From contig JBIKNP010000009.1 in NCBI GenBank assembly GCA_044358595.1, positions 8,433-72,432 of the forward strand: a stretch of 64,000 nucleotides of DNA, in the 5' to 3' direction. Source of the stretch: Candidatus Methylacidiphilales bacterium (GTDB lineage: Bacteria > Verrucomicrobiota > Verrucomicrobiia > Methylacidiphilales > Verrucolacustridaceae). The notes under the pieces are model-generated. The model was not told the DNA's origin. It made no database searches and was given only the letters and a program-made list of their open reading frames with translations. Shown one piece after another: positions 21,001 to 29,720 of the stretch (within the stretch, counting starts at the first letter, position 1; the number at the start of each line of letters is the position of its first letter). A program made the translations under genes and the position numbers.

Positions 21001-22417
21001 AACCGCAAAGAGCGCAAATGGGAATTTATCATTAAGTAAACTGACATGGACGCGTGATGGTGCATGGGCGTGGGAAGGTGCGCGGTTCTCTGAGGGTTGG
21101 GTAGCTTGGCTTGTTAATCCTTGGCTCGAGCCTAGTCGCTGGGTGGATGGAGATGTGATTCTTGGCCCTGGGTTCTGGCAACCTGCTGAGTATGGGGGAA
21201 GTGGTGAGTTGGATTTGAGTTTGGTGGGAGCGCGCTTGGTTGAGAATCTAAAGGAGGAGGATATTTCATTTGGACTCAGTGGTAGCTTTGATTACGACAC
21301 TCGAACAAAAAGTTTGGCTTTCAAAGATGGAACTCTGGTTTCGACCAAATATAAAGACGACCCCGTCATAATTCCTACCCTTCGGGCAGGGAAAAACTCG
21401 GTAACGGCTCAGTTCAGGGGAGGGACGCTCGACTTACGGGGTCTTCTGGCTCAGACAGAGAGAATTCGAAATGCCAAGCCCGTGGCTGGGACACCGCCCC
21501 CGGTTGCCGATCCTTGGAAGGTAGATCTCAGCTTGGATTTGGCGAAAATCATTGTGGAGGAGGCAGAGGTCGGTCCGATTCGCGTTCCTCGGTTCCGTTG
21601 GGGGCCTGAAGGAATTTATTTGGAGCCTTCGGTGGTGCAGGTCAAGGGGGGGGTGATTCGGGCTTCGCTCGTTCAGGCCACGGGATCGAATCAACCTTTC
21701 CAAGCGAATCTAGTCATGAACAAGTTCCCGCTGGGTGCGATTTTAGGGAATGTAATCACGGATGCGAATGGGCCGATCGGGGGTTGGATCGATTTGCAAA
21801 TGGCAGCTCAGGCGGCAAAACCGACTTTGGAGGAGTTGCGAAAGTCATTGAGCGGGCAGGGTAGCTTTCGTTTGTATCAAGCACACTTGGAGCGGCTGCC
21901 GTCCTTAAAGAAGGCGTTAGTGGCGGCGGGAACTTTTTTGGGATCCAGCTTTATCGCAGGAAGTGAGATTAATGATTTAGGCTCGAACTTCACTTTGCAG
22001 GGAGAACGGATCAACGTGCCCGACCTGAAAGTCAGTGGAACGGCGTTGTCGGCCAATCTGGACGGTTGGCTTAATTGGTGGAGCCAAACGTTGGATTTTA
22101 ATTTGAAGTTTGCTTTGACCAAGGAGGCGATGCAGAGCAGCGGGCAACTGCAGGGCGTGATGACCCAGCTGGTTGGATCAAGCAACGATTACTACACGAA
22201 AATTCCTGGTTCGGCCACGATCACGGGAACGATTCAGGATCCTAAGGTGAATATGGATGTTTCGAAGATGTTGGCAGAGGCTGGAATTAATCTACTGATC
22301 AATGCACCTGTAGGTATTTTACAAGGGGCTGGGGGTGCGGCTGGGAGTGCAGCTGGGGCCGCGACTCAGCCTGCGGGGGCCATCTTGCAGGGGGTGGGGA
22401 ATTTATTTAAGTGGTGA
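18098..22417 (+). CDS. large AsmA/TamB-like membrane-anchored beta-rich protein
   Basis: 1439 aa; single N-terminal TM; Gly/Trp-rich beta-strand pattern; C-terminal SLSGQGSF..NFTLQGERINVPDLKVSG..ATITGTIQDPKVNMD resembles the AsmA C-terminus. Confidence 0.65.
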   Translation: MMEKMKFGGFFKFIGTVILGLFGVIFTLLFEPNVFRGVTLPLAARAVGWKARAESARLTPLGKLQIEGMELVNPAKSRVDLDSALVLLDLESLLTGKPEIIEADFKFGLIDLEWDESSASQSLPEIPFTLREANLEIIEGRIRKGPGAWILGRVKVQAKGWDGQSPRDIQGKIEKLSWNGRGQEELTGSAGLQAQKSVGVGKLALWEGKLTVDLNTVVDFPPVEMVAPCRLVLQGQISSSPEGDWKMEKMHGAWEGVGGVKVATSAIGQWNRVGDWGVDLSLDPVDLDVVGVLFQSRGVKSVEGNLGGVIHLEGGDRKPVQGRAKLQGQGVQIVSGLGLLWPARPAEFAGSVEGAWTSEGKNLRIKNFQVELGQKGGTRDLQASLDRPAEFCFQGALPKSTETATLQWASQGMELAAVVPLFVSPKNLKVQGGQLSAKGEAKIQGGSIQVAGSITSRAMRASGDWIQGDLQGESLGVQFRGIFEEGKKIRLEEADFQAAWAGGEAQDLKGKVTAEWDVSKREGWVIADGEGGLAGLGQAWSGAKLWPDSGQVKLHLEFSGNLQDQGKGLVSLSLDNMHWAGEVATPWRARVSSEVIHQAGQWRLPEFLGQADRGGQVLLNSKGVVEWTPSKGEGKGDLEIMRVESSCLVPILGLVTPNWKWQAAAGSGFFHFERQGSQDRVRAKMDGAITVETGTPEQSRLVDFSSIQGGVQATWPSGSSGKLSVEELSLQARHRDGSDALKASLDQVMTLEKVGKGEWRPGGQEVATGSVEYTGWPIGLFGPLIFPNAKETSLMGTSSGFVKVRCDPKKGKFEGDVELDIPDFTIDLPRIQLQENQVRLKAGLTLGDRGEVNVPRASLDVQKGGKSWLNCSVQRENRPALLVKGTVDLGILKNVWVGISENISGGLMTLQAEVGDLKEGGRTIGYSAVIPDFSGGPAGRGGVTGAEVRSQGILSWNQGCQAIKEVELTAKSANGNLSLSKLTWTRDGAWAWEGARFSEGWVAWLVNPWLEPSRWVDGDVILGPGFWQPAEYGGSGELDLSLVGARLVENLKEEDISFGLSGSFDYDTRTKSLAFKDGTLVSTKYKDDPVIIPTLRAGKNSVTAQFRGGTLDLRGLLAQTERIRNAKPVAGTPPPVADPWKVDLSLDLAKIIVEEAEVGPIRVPRFRWGPEGIYLEPSVVQVKGGVIRASLVQATGSNQPFQANLVMNKFPLGAILGNVITDANGPIGGWIDLQMAAQAAKPTLEELRKSLSGQGSFRLYQAHLERLPSLKKALVAAGTFLGSSFIAGSEINDLGSNFTLQGERINVPDLKVSGTALSANLDGWLNWWSQTLDFNLKFALTKEAMQSSGQLQGVMTQLVGSSNDYYTKIPGSATITGTIQDPKVNMDVSKMLAEAGINLLINAPVGILQGAGGAAGSAAGAATQPAGAILQGVGNLFKW

Positions 22418-22467
22418 GGCGGTTGAAAAGGGTTTCAGTCGCGGGGCGTTCCCTTTAGGATTTCAAG

Positions 22468-23343
22468 ATGCGTAGCATGACCGGTTTTGGTTCTATCGAG
22501 GTGGCGACCCAACATGCCCGAATCCGAATTGAGGTCTCCTCGGTTAACAAAAGAGGACTTGAGGTTGTTGTTTTCACACCTGGAGATCTTGCGCGTTTAG
22601 AGCGACAGATTCGCGAAGATGTAGCGGATGCAGTGGCACGCGGAAAAGTAACAGTGGCCCTTCACCTTGAGGCTGGTGCGAATCGTCAGGCCCGAAGTTT
22701 AGATCTAAGCAAGGCTTCGGCCTATGCAGTGCAGTTGAAGAGTGCAGGAAAAAAACTAGGGGTGCAGGGTGGTCCCTCTTGGTCGGATCTTTTGGGTTTA
22801 CCTGGGGTTGTCGTGAGTTCGGGGCCTATGGTTGTTCCAGCAGATGACCGAAAGATTTTGGCAGGAATTCGAAGTGCGGTAAGGAAAATGGTGGAATCAC
22901 GAGAACGGGAAGGTGTGAGGATGGTTGCCGGGTTGCGCATCCACTTGCAAAAGATGGACGGGATTCGCAAAAAAATGGAAAAGGCGGCAGGTGAGATGAG
23001 AAAAAAGCAGGGACAACGGATTTGTGCTCGAATTCAGGAATTGGCGGGGGAGGCGGGAGTGATGTTGGAACCGGAACGGGTGGTTCGGGAGGTGACGACG
23101 GCGGCGGATCGGGGTGATGTAACGGAGGAATTGGGTCGGATTCGGGCTCATCTCATGGAGGCAGTTGGGTTGGCGAGCACGAGGGCGCCTGGGGGTCGGA
23201 CCTTGGAGTTTCTCATTCAGGAATTGCAGCGTGAGGTTAATACAGTGGGATCTAAATCCGGAGATTTAGGCTTAACCAGATTAGCCATTGGTTTTAAATC
23301 AGAACTGGAGAAGTTACGTGAACAGGCGGCCAATCTTGAATAA
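22468..23343 (+). CDS. yicC: YicC/YloC family endoribonuclease
   Basis: MRSMTGFG, SSVNKRGLE, RGKV, DVTEELGRI, GRTLEFLIQELQREVNTVGSK, LEKLREQAANLE. Confidence 0.95.
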   Translation: MRSMTGFGSIEVATQHARIRIEVSSVNKRGLEVVVFTPGDLARLERQIREDVADAVARGKVTVALHLEAGANRQARSLDLSKASAYAVQLKSAGKKLGVQGGPSWSDLLGLPGVVVSSGPMVVPADDRKILAGIRSAVRKMVESREREGVRMVAGLRIHLQKMDGIRKKMEKAAGEMRKKQGQRICARIQELAGEAGVMLEPERVVREVTTAADRGDVTEELGRIRAHLMEAVGLASTRAPGGRTLEFLIQELQREVNTVGSKSGDLGLTRLAIGFKSELEKLREQAANLE

Positions 23344-23950
23344 TTTTACGCGCTCCGGAATTCTCTTTGTTGTTTCAGCACCCTCGGGCACTGGGAAGAC
23401 GACTCTTTGTACGCATGTGCGTCAGACTCCGGATCTGGTGTATTCGATCAGTTGCACCACGCGTCCGATTCGGCCTGGTGAGAAGGACGGTATAGACTAT
23501 TTTTTCTTGAGCAAAGCAGAGTTTGAGAAGCGCATGAAAGCGGGGGATATGCTGGAGACGGCCGATGTTTACGGCGAATATTATGGGACACCCAAGACTC
23601 CTGTTTTAGAGCATTTGGCTCAGGGGCGAGATGTGTTGCTGGATATTGATGTACAAGGGGCACGGCAGATTCGGGCCAGCCAAGATGTGAAAATTAAAGC
23701 GGCTCTGGCGGATATATTTATTATGCCTCCTGATTTAGGGGAACTAAAGAGGAGGCTGGAAGGGAGGGGGACGGAGAATGCAAAACAGATAGCGACTCGG
23801 ATTGAGGCTGCGGATGGGGAGATGGCGGATTGGAAGAGCTATCGCTATACGATTTTAAGTAGTTCTATGGAGGAGGATCTGATCAAGTTTCGTGCAATTA
23901 TCCGTGCGGAAAGATATTTGAGTCGGAGGCTCGATTTACAACATGGCTGA
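23336..23950 (+). CDS. gmk: guanylate kinase
   Basis: VSAPSGTGKTT, SISCTTRPIRPGEKDGIDYFF, YYGTP, LDIDVQGA; start probably TTG 23336. Confidence 0.96.
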   Translation: MNNFTRSGILFVVSAPSGTGKTTLCTHVRQTPDLVYSISCTTRPIRPGEKDGIDYFFLSKAEFEKRMKAGDMLETADVYGEYYGTPKTPVLEHLAQGRDVLLDIDVQGARQIRASQDVKIKAALADIFIMPPDLGELKRRLEGRGTENAKQIATRIEAADGEMADWKSYRYTILSSSMEEDLIKFRAIIRAERYLSRRLDLQHG

Positions 23951-24509
23951 AAAAAATCGTCCTTGCGTGGTTTTGGGGGTGACGGGGTCTATCGCAGCGT
24001 TCCGAGCTGCAGATCTGGCGAGCGCTATGATTCAAATGGGTTGGGATGTACATGCGGTTTTGACAGCGGACGGCGAACGTTTTTTACCGGCTTTGACCTT
24101 GGCGGCACTGACCCATCGTTCGGTACACACTTCTCTGTGGGAGGAAGGAAAGGAGGGGCGGATGGGGCATTTAGATCTGGCACGGGAGGCGGATGTGGTG
24201 GTGGTGGCGCCTGCAAGTGCAGACTGCATCGCTAAGACAGCGCACGGTTTAGCTGGGGACGTTTTAGGGGCGGTTCTTCTGGCGACCGATGCACCTGTGA
24301 TCATGGTACCCGCTATGAATACGAATATGTGGAAGCATGCAGCGACACAGGCGAACGTGAAGTTGCTGGGGCAACGCGGGGTAGCGTGGGTTGGGCCAGC
24401 GGAGGGTCGGTTGGCTTGTGGAGCCGAGGGCCCTGGCAGGATGGCACCCGTGGTAGAAATTGTTGAGGCACTAGAGAAGATCATAGGAAAAAAATATGGA
24501 AAAAAGTAA
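23943..24509 (+). CDS. coaC: stand-alone phosphopantothenoylcysteine decarboxylase (CoaC half of CoaBC)
   Basis: [41 protein letters not shown]; ends at 188 aa with no CoaB domain. Confidence 0.88.
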   Translation: MAEKNRPCVVLGVTGSIAAFRAADLASAMIQMGWDVHAVLTADGERFLPALTLAALTHRSVHTSLWEEGKEGRMGHLDLAREADVVVVAPASADCIAKTAHGLAGDVLGAVLLATDAPVIMVPAMNTNMWKHAATQANVKLLGQRGVAWVGPAEGRLACGAEGPGRMAPVVEIVEALEKIIGKKYGKK

Positions 24510-26442
24510 GATGAGCCATCCACAGAAGTACAAACCTGCCGCCAGCTTTGTGAAGCATGCTTCCTTCCGCATTCCTTCTCGTTATAAATCGATGCATCAG
24601 GAGTCATTGAGGCAGCCTGAAAAATTCTGGGGTCGGATTGGGAAACAGGAGTTGGCTTGGTTTACTCAACCGAAAAAGACTTTGGATTGGAAATCTCCTT
24701 TTGCGAAGTGGTTCGTGGGTGGGAAACTCAATGTGAGCTTCAACTGCTTGGACCGTCATTTAGAGGGGCCGAGGCGGCATAAGGCGGCCATTGTTTTTGA
24801 GGGAGAGCCTGGGGATGTCCGGGTGTTGACGTATCAGCAGTTACACGATGAGGTTTGTCGTTTTGCGAATGCGTTAAAAGGCGAAGGGGTGAAAAAGGGT
24901 GATCGAGTGATGATTTATCTACCGATGGTGCCTGAGGCGGCGATCGCGATGCTCGCGTGTGCACGGATCGGGGCTGTTCATAGCGTGGTCTTTGGTGGTT
25001 TTAGTGCAGAGTCCTTAAAGGACAGGATTCAGGATTGTGGAGCTCGGTTGGTGATCACTGCGGATGGGGGATACCGAAGGGGGCAGGTCGGCCCCTTGAA
25101 ACCGAATGTGGATACTGCGGTTGCGGCTTGTCCGGAAGTTCGAAGGGTAATTGTCTTGAAGCGGACGGGACATATTTCCCAACTCAACGAGATCGATCGT
25201 TGGTGGCATGAGTTGGTGGCAAAGCAACCTGCCTCGTGTCCGCCTGAAAAGATGGATAGTGAGGATCCGCTTTTTATTCTCTACACAAGTGGAAGTACGG
25301 GGAAGCCGAAGGGGATTCTTCACACAACGGCCGGGTATCTGTTGGGAGCTCACTTAACGACGAAGTGGGTATTCGATCTAAAGGAGACGGATCTGTTTTG
25401 GTGTACAGCGGATGTTGGCTGGGTGACGGGGCACAGTTATACGGTTTACGGAGCCTTAAGCAACGGCACGACCACTCTGATGTATGAGGGGGTGCCGAAC
25501 CAACCTGAGCCCGATCGGTTTTGGGAAATCATCGAAAAGCACCGGGTAAACATTTTCTATACAGCACCGACTGCGATACGTTCATTCATCCGTTGGGGGG
25601 ATCACTGGATTCAGAAGCACGACCTTTCCTCTTTGCGACTGTTGGGGTCGGTGGGGGAGCCAATCAATCCAGAGGCTTGGCGTTGGTATCATAAGGTGAT
25701 TGGCGGGGAGCGGTGTCCGATTGTAGATACGTGGTGGCAGACGGAGACGGGAAGTCATCTGATAACCACACTGCCCGGGGTACACGCGACAAAGCCCGGG
25801 TCTGCTGGAGTGCCTTTCTTTGGTGTGGATATGGCTGTCGTGGATGAGAAGGGCAAAGAAGTGAAGGCGGGAGTTCAGGGCAAGTTGGTTGTGAGGAAAC
25901 CATGGCCTTCGATGTTGCGGACGATTCATGGAGATCCCGAGCGGTACGCAAAAACGTACTGGAGCGAAGTGTCTGGATGTTACTTTACCGGGGATGGAGC
26001 CAAAAAAGATTCGGACGGATACTTTTGGATCTCGGGCCGTATTGATGACGTGCTGAATGTTTCAGGGCACCGATTGGGCACGGCAGAGGTCGAGAGTGCT
26101 CTGGTGACCCATCCTGCAGTGGCGGAAGCTGCTGTGGTTGGAAGGCCAGATGATTTAAAGGGTCAGGCGGTGGTTGCTTTTGTGACCTTGAAGGCAGGGA
26201 ACAAGTCGGGACCAGAGTTAGTTGCCGCGCTGAGGGAGCGGGTGAGCAAGGAGATTGGCCCGATTGCGAAGCCGGATCAGATTCGGTTTGCTGAAGCTTT
26301 ACCCAAAACGCGAAGCGGAAAGATCATGAGGCGTTTATTGAAGGAAGTGGCGGCGGGTGGGGCCGTGAAGGGAGACGTAACGACGTTAGAGGATCTGAAC
26401 GTTATTGCGGCGCTCCAGTCGGGATCCGGAGAGGAGGGCTAA
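24496..26442 (+). CDS. acs: acetyl-CoA synthetase
   Basis: [51 protein letters not shown]; alternative start 24511. Confidence 0.98.
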   Translation: MEKSKMSHPQKYKPAASFVKHASFRIPSRYKSMHQESLRQPEKFWGRIGKQELAWFTQPKKTLDWKSPFAKWFVGGKLNVSFNCLDRHLEGPRRHKAAIVFEGEPGDVRVLTYQQLHDEVCRFANALKGEGVKKGDRVMIYLPMVPEAAIAMLACARIGAVHSVVFGGFSAESLKDRIQDCGARLVITADGGYRRGQVGPLKPNVDTAVAACPEVRRVIVLKRTGHISQLNEIDRWWHELVAKQPASCPPEKMDSEDPLFILYTSGSTGKPKGILHTTAGYLLGAHLTTKWVFDLKETDLFWCTADVGWVTGHSYTVYGALSNGTTTLMYEGVPNQPEPDRFWEIIEKHRVNIFYTAPTAIRSFIRWGDHWIQKHDLSSLRLLGSVGEPINPEAWRWYHKVIGGERCPIVDTWWQTETGSHLITTLPGVHATKPGSAGVPFFGVDMAVVDEKGKEVKAGVQGKLVVRKPWPSMLRTIHGDPERYAKTYWSEVSGCYFTGDGAKKDSDGYFWISGRIDDVLNVSGHRLGTAEVESALVTHPAVAEAAVVGRPDDLKGQAVVAFVTLKAGNKSGPELVAALRERVSKEIGPIAKPDQIRFAEALPKTRSGKIMRRLLKEVAAGGAVKGDVTTLEDLNVIAALQSGSGEEG

Positions 26443-26443
26443 T

Positions 26444-26977
26444 ATGTCATGGCGCTTATGTCCTTCGGAAACGGCTTTATTGGTCGTGGATGCGCAGGAG
26501 AAGTTAGTGGCTGCGGTGCAGCAACCCACTGACTGGCTCGAACGTCTTGAAATACTGGTCAAGGGAGCGAGTTTATTAGGGGTTCCGATTGCGATTACCG
26601 AGCAGGTGCCGACCAAATTAGGCAAGACGGTGCCGGCCATTGTCCAAGCGGCAGGCAAGGCGTGTAAGCCAATTTCGAAATCAGAATTTTCAGCAGCCGA
26701 ACAGGGGAAAATCTTTTCCAAGAAGCGGATTTTGGTGGCTGGATGTGAGGCGCATGTATGTATTCGGCAAACCGTTTATGATTTGCGGCTTAAAGAGTTG
26801 ACGCCGATCGTAGTAGCAGACGCGGTGGGTTCGAGAAGAGAGCGCGATCGAGAGGTCGCATTAGCAGAAATGAGAGCCGATCGTGTGGTTGTAACAACGG
26901 TGGAAGCAGTGCTCTTCGAGATGATGGAAAGCTCTGAACATAAGCAATTTAAAGATATTCAAGCACTCCTTAAGTAA
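26444..26977 (+). CDS. isochorismatase/YcaC-like cysteine hydrolase
   Basis: LLVVDAQEKL, TEQ, KSEFSA, GCEAHVCIRQT, VADAVGSR; GAGGAGG SD before ATG 26444. Confidence 0.9.
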   Translation: MSWRLCPSETALLVVDAQEKLVAAVQQPTDWLERLEILVKGASLLGVPIAITEQVPTKLGKTVPAIVQAAGKACKPISKSEFSAAEQGKIFSKKRILVAGCEAHVCIRQTVYDLRLKELTPIVVADAVGSRRERDREVALAEMRADRVVVTTVEAVLFEMMESSEHKQFKDIQALLK

Positions 26978-27048
26978 ACCGTTCAATTCTTGCCAAAATT
27001 TATTTTCCTAGCCTGAGTCACATCTCCAGCACAACCTCCCAACCTTTC

Positions 27049-29640
27049 ATGGAACCCTCGAATTATCAAGAACCTGCGTGGCCTTTTCAGGTCTCCGTGA
27101 TTCCTCGAGTCCCCGAGGGGTTGGAGAATTTAAGGAATTTAGCTTTTAACCTTTGGTGGAGTTGGAATTACGACGCTTTGGAGCTGTTCCGTGAGTTAGA
27201 CCCAGAACTTTGGGAGACCTGTGGTCACAGTCCTGTGAAAATGTTGAGGTTGGTGAAGCAAAATCGCCTAGAATCAGCGGCCAAGGACAAGGGTTATCGG
27301 GATCGAGTTGAAAAAGTGCATCAACGTCTTGAATCGTACCTGAATCGAAAAGAGACATGGTTTACGAGGAACCTACCCAAAGAAAAAAAAGACACCCCCC
27401 TTGTTGCTTATTTTTCAGCAGAATTTGGTTTTCACGAGTCATTGCCCAATTACTCGGGGGGGTTAGGAATATTAGCAGGGGATCACTGTAAATCTGCGAG
27501 TGATCTGGGTTTGCCGTTTGTCGCGGTGGGTCTGCTTTACCGCTTTGGGTATTTTTCGCAGCGAATCAATCGGGATGGATGGCAGGAGGCCTCAGCGATC
27601 GACAATGTGTTTCAGGACCTACCGGTCCGCCAAGCCTTGGCGACGGATGGGAAAACCCCCGTTGTGGTGGAGATCTCTTTGCCTGGCCGAAAGGTCTTTG
27701 CAAAAGCTTGGGAAGTGCGAATTGGGATAACGCGGCTCGTGCTGATGGACACGGATTTGACGGAAAATGCTGTTGAGGACAGGCGAATCACATATCAACT
27801 GTACGGTGGGGACCATGAGATGAGAATTCAGCAGGAGATTGTTTTAGGAATCGGTGGAGTGCGTGCTTTGGCCGCGATGGGTTTGGCTCCCAGCGTGTTT
27901 CACATGAATGAGGGGCATGCAGCCTTTCTCGGTCTGGAACGAATCCGGCGTTTGGTGAAGGATGCTAAACTTACCTTCATCGAGGCTCTTCAGTCGGTTG
28001 CTGCGAGCAGCGTATTCACGACCCACACACCGGTCCCAGCTGGGAACGATGCTTTCTCACCCAAATTGATGGAAAAATATTTCGATAACTACGTTCATGA
28101 TTGTCAGATCGGGTTTGTCGATCTTTTGAAGTTGGGTCGTCCGTGGGCTTACAATGAGGAGGAACCCTTTAGCATGACCATTCTTGCGTTACGCTTGTCT
28201 CGTCAAGCGAATGGGGTCAGTGCAATCCATGGCAAGGTTTCGCGTGGGATGTGGCAAAGCGTATGGCCTGGAGTTCCAAAAGCGGAGATTCCGATTCGTC
28301 ATGTCACCAATGGAATCCACACCTTCACCTGGATGGCTCCTGAAATCCGTGGGCTTCTCGAAAAGCAAGGAGGTCCGATGACGGAGGAGGATTTGGCCAA
28401 GGCAGAGGAGTGGAAAAAGAGAGTCAGTTTTAAAGACAAGGATTACTGGCTGACTCATCAAAGATTGAAGTTAAATCTCTTAAAATTTGTACGAACGAAT
28501 GTCCGAGCCCAGCGTTTGAGAAACGGCGCCAAGCCTGCGGAAATTCGGGAAACGGATCAGATGCTGGATCCTAAGGCTTTGACGATCGGGTTCGCGCGAC
28601 GGTTTGCGACTTACAAAAGGGCGGCCCTTTTATTCCGAGACCTGGATAAATTGGCTCAAATCGTCAACGATCCTAAGCGACCTGTTCAGTTCCTCTTTGC
28701 GGGCAAGGCTCACCCAGCGGACGAGGGTGGGAAAAAGCTCATCCAGCAAATCGTACAGATTTCGGCGTTGCCGCAGTTCAAAGATCGAATTGTTTTTGTC
28801 GAGAATTACGACTTCAACGTGGCTCGCCACCTGTACCATGGTTGCGATGTGTGGCTGAATAATCCTACGCGTCCGCTGGAGGCGAGCGGAACGAGCGGAG
28901 AAAAAGTGATCACCAACGGGTGCCTGAACTTCAGCGTGCGAGATGGTTGGTGGGATGAAGCATTCGATGGGACGAACGGATGGGCAATTGGAGATGACAC
29001 CTTCCGTTTGGAGCCTGAGGTGCAGGATGAGTTTGACTCATTCTCCATGTACGAAATCCTCAAGCATGAGATCGTTCCCCTTTATTATGATCAAGACGGT
29101 GAAGGTGTGCCCAAGCGATGGATCGACAGAGTTCGCCGAAGTCTAATCACGATTGGTCCGGTCTATAATACGTCCAGAATGGTTGCTGATTATGCGACCG
29201 ACTTTTACCGGCGTGCGGCTGAGAAAGGCCGTATGTTTGCGGATAGTGGTTGGAGCAAGTCACGGGAGTTAGCCTTGTGGAAGGATAAAGTACGGATTGC
29301 CTGGCCCAAGGTACGTGCGAATGGGGTCACATGGAATGGATCGACGCGGACAACGGTGAATGTAGGAGATACTATTCCGGTTTCGGCGCAGATTTTTCTT
29401 GGGGATTTAAAAAGTGAAGAGGTTGCTGTGGAGGCTTACTTAAAAGCGATTGAGCCAGGTGGGGTATCCAAGGTGGTTAGACTCGCGCCTGAGGGTGCTT
29501 CAAAGGATGGGTGGCAGGGTTATGTGGGCAGGGTATCAGTTGAGGATTCAGGAAATTTCGAATTCAATGTTCGAGTGCGACCGTCCCACCCATCCTTGAC
29601 TCAAGCCCATGAACTTAGGCTCATTACTTGGGCTGAGTAG
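27049..29640 (+). CDS. glgP: alpha-glucan (glycogen) phosphorylase
   Basis: AYFSAEFG, YSGGLGILAGDH, HMNEGHA, FTTHTPVPAG, TNGIH, ARRFATYKRA, EASGTSGEK, DGWWDE. Confidence 0.97.
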   Translation: MEPSNYQEPAWPFQVSVIPRVPEGLENLRNLAFNLWWSWNYDALELFRELDPELWETCGHSPVKMLRLVKQNRLESAAKDKGYRDRVEKVHQRLESYLNRKETWFTRNLPKEKKDTPLVAYFSAEFGFHESLPNYSGGLGILAGDHCKSASDLGLPFVAVGLLYRFGYFSQRINRDGWQEASAIDNVFQDLPVRQALATDGKTPVVVEISLPGRKVFAKAWEVRIGITRLVLMDTDLTENAVEDRRITYQLYGGDHEMRIQQEIVLGIGGVRALAAMGLAPSVFHMNEGHAAFLGLERIRRLVKDAKLTFIEALQSVAASSVFTTHTPVPAGNDAFSPKLMEKYFDNYVHDCQIGFVDLLKLGRPWAYNEEEPFSMTILALRLSRQANGVSAIHGKVSRGMWQSVWPGVPKAEIPIRHVTNGIHTFTWMAPEIRGLLEKQGGPMTEEDLAKAEEWKKRVSFKDKDYWLTHQRLKLNLLKFVRTNVRAQRLRNGAKPAEIRETDQMLDPKALTIGFARRFATYKRAALLFRDLDKLAQIVNDPKRPVQFLFAGKAHPADEGGKKLIQQIVQISALPQFKDRIVFVENYDFNVARHLYHGCDVWLNNPTRPLEASGTSGEKVITNGCLNFSVRDGWWDEAFDGTNGWAIGDDTFRLEPEVQDEFDSFSMYEILKHEIVPLYYDQDGEGVPKRWIDRVRRSLITIGPVYNTSRMVADYATDFYRRAAEKGRMFADSGWSKSRELALWKDKVRIAWPKVRANGVTWNGSTRTTVNVGDTIPVSAQIFLGDLKSEEVAVEAYLKAIEPGGVSKVVRLAPEGASKDGWQGYVGRVSVEDSGNFEFNVRVRPSHPSLTQAHELRLITWAE

Positions 29641-29671
29641 ATAAAGTCTTCTCTATTAGAAGATTAGGGTT

Positions 29672-29700
29672 TCAGGGTTTCCGTTTGAAACCCTGATTTC
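29672..29700 (+). terminator. putative intrinsic terminator between glgP and shc
   Basis: Perfect 10-bp inverted repeat TCAGGGTTTC-cgttt-GAAACCCTGA followed by TTTC; short U-tract. Confidence 0.5.
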
Positions 29701-29720
29701 TCACAGGTAGTGTTTTTCGG

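Noticed and set aside
24032-24607. Long overlapping ORFs across core genes (e.g. 24032-24607, 8985-9557, 5926-6459)
   Set aside because: No motifs, compositionally skewed, and fully overlapping confidently identified genes
28870-28920. GlgP PLP-lysine motif reads SGEK rather than SGMK
   Set aside because: The Lys is retained and I recall this variant in other bacterial phosphorylases; not evidence of novelty
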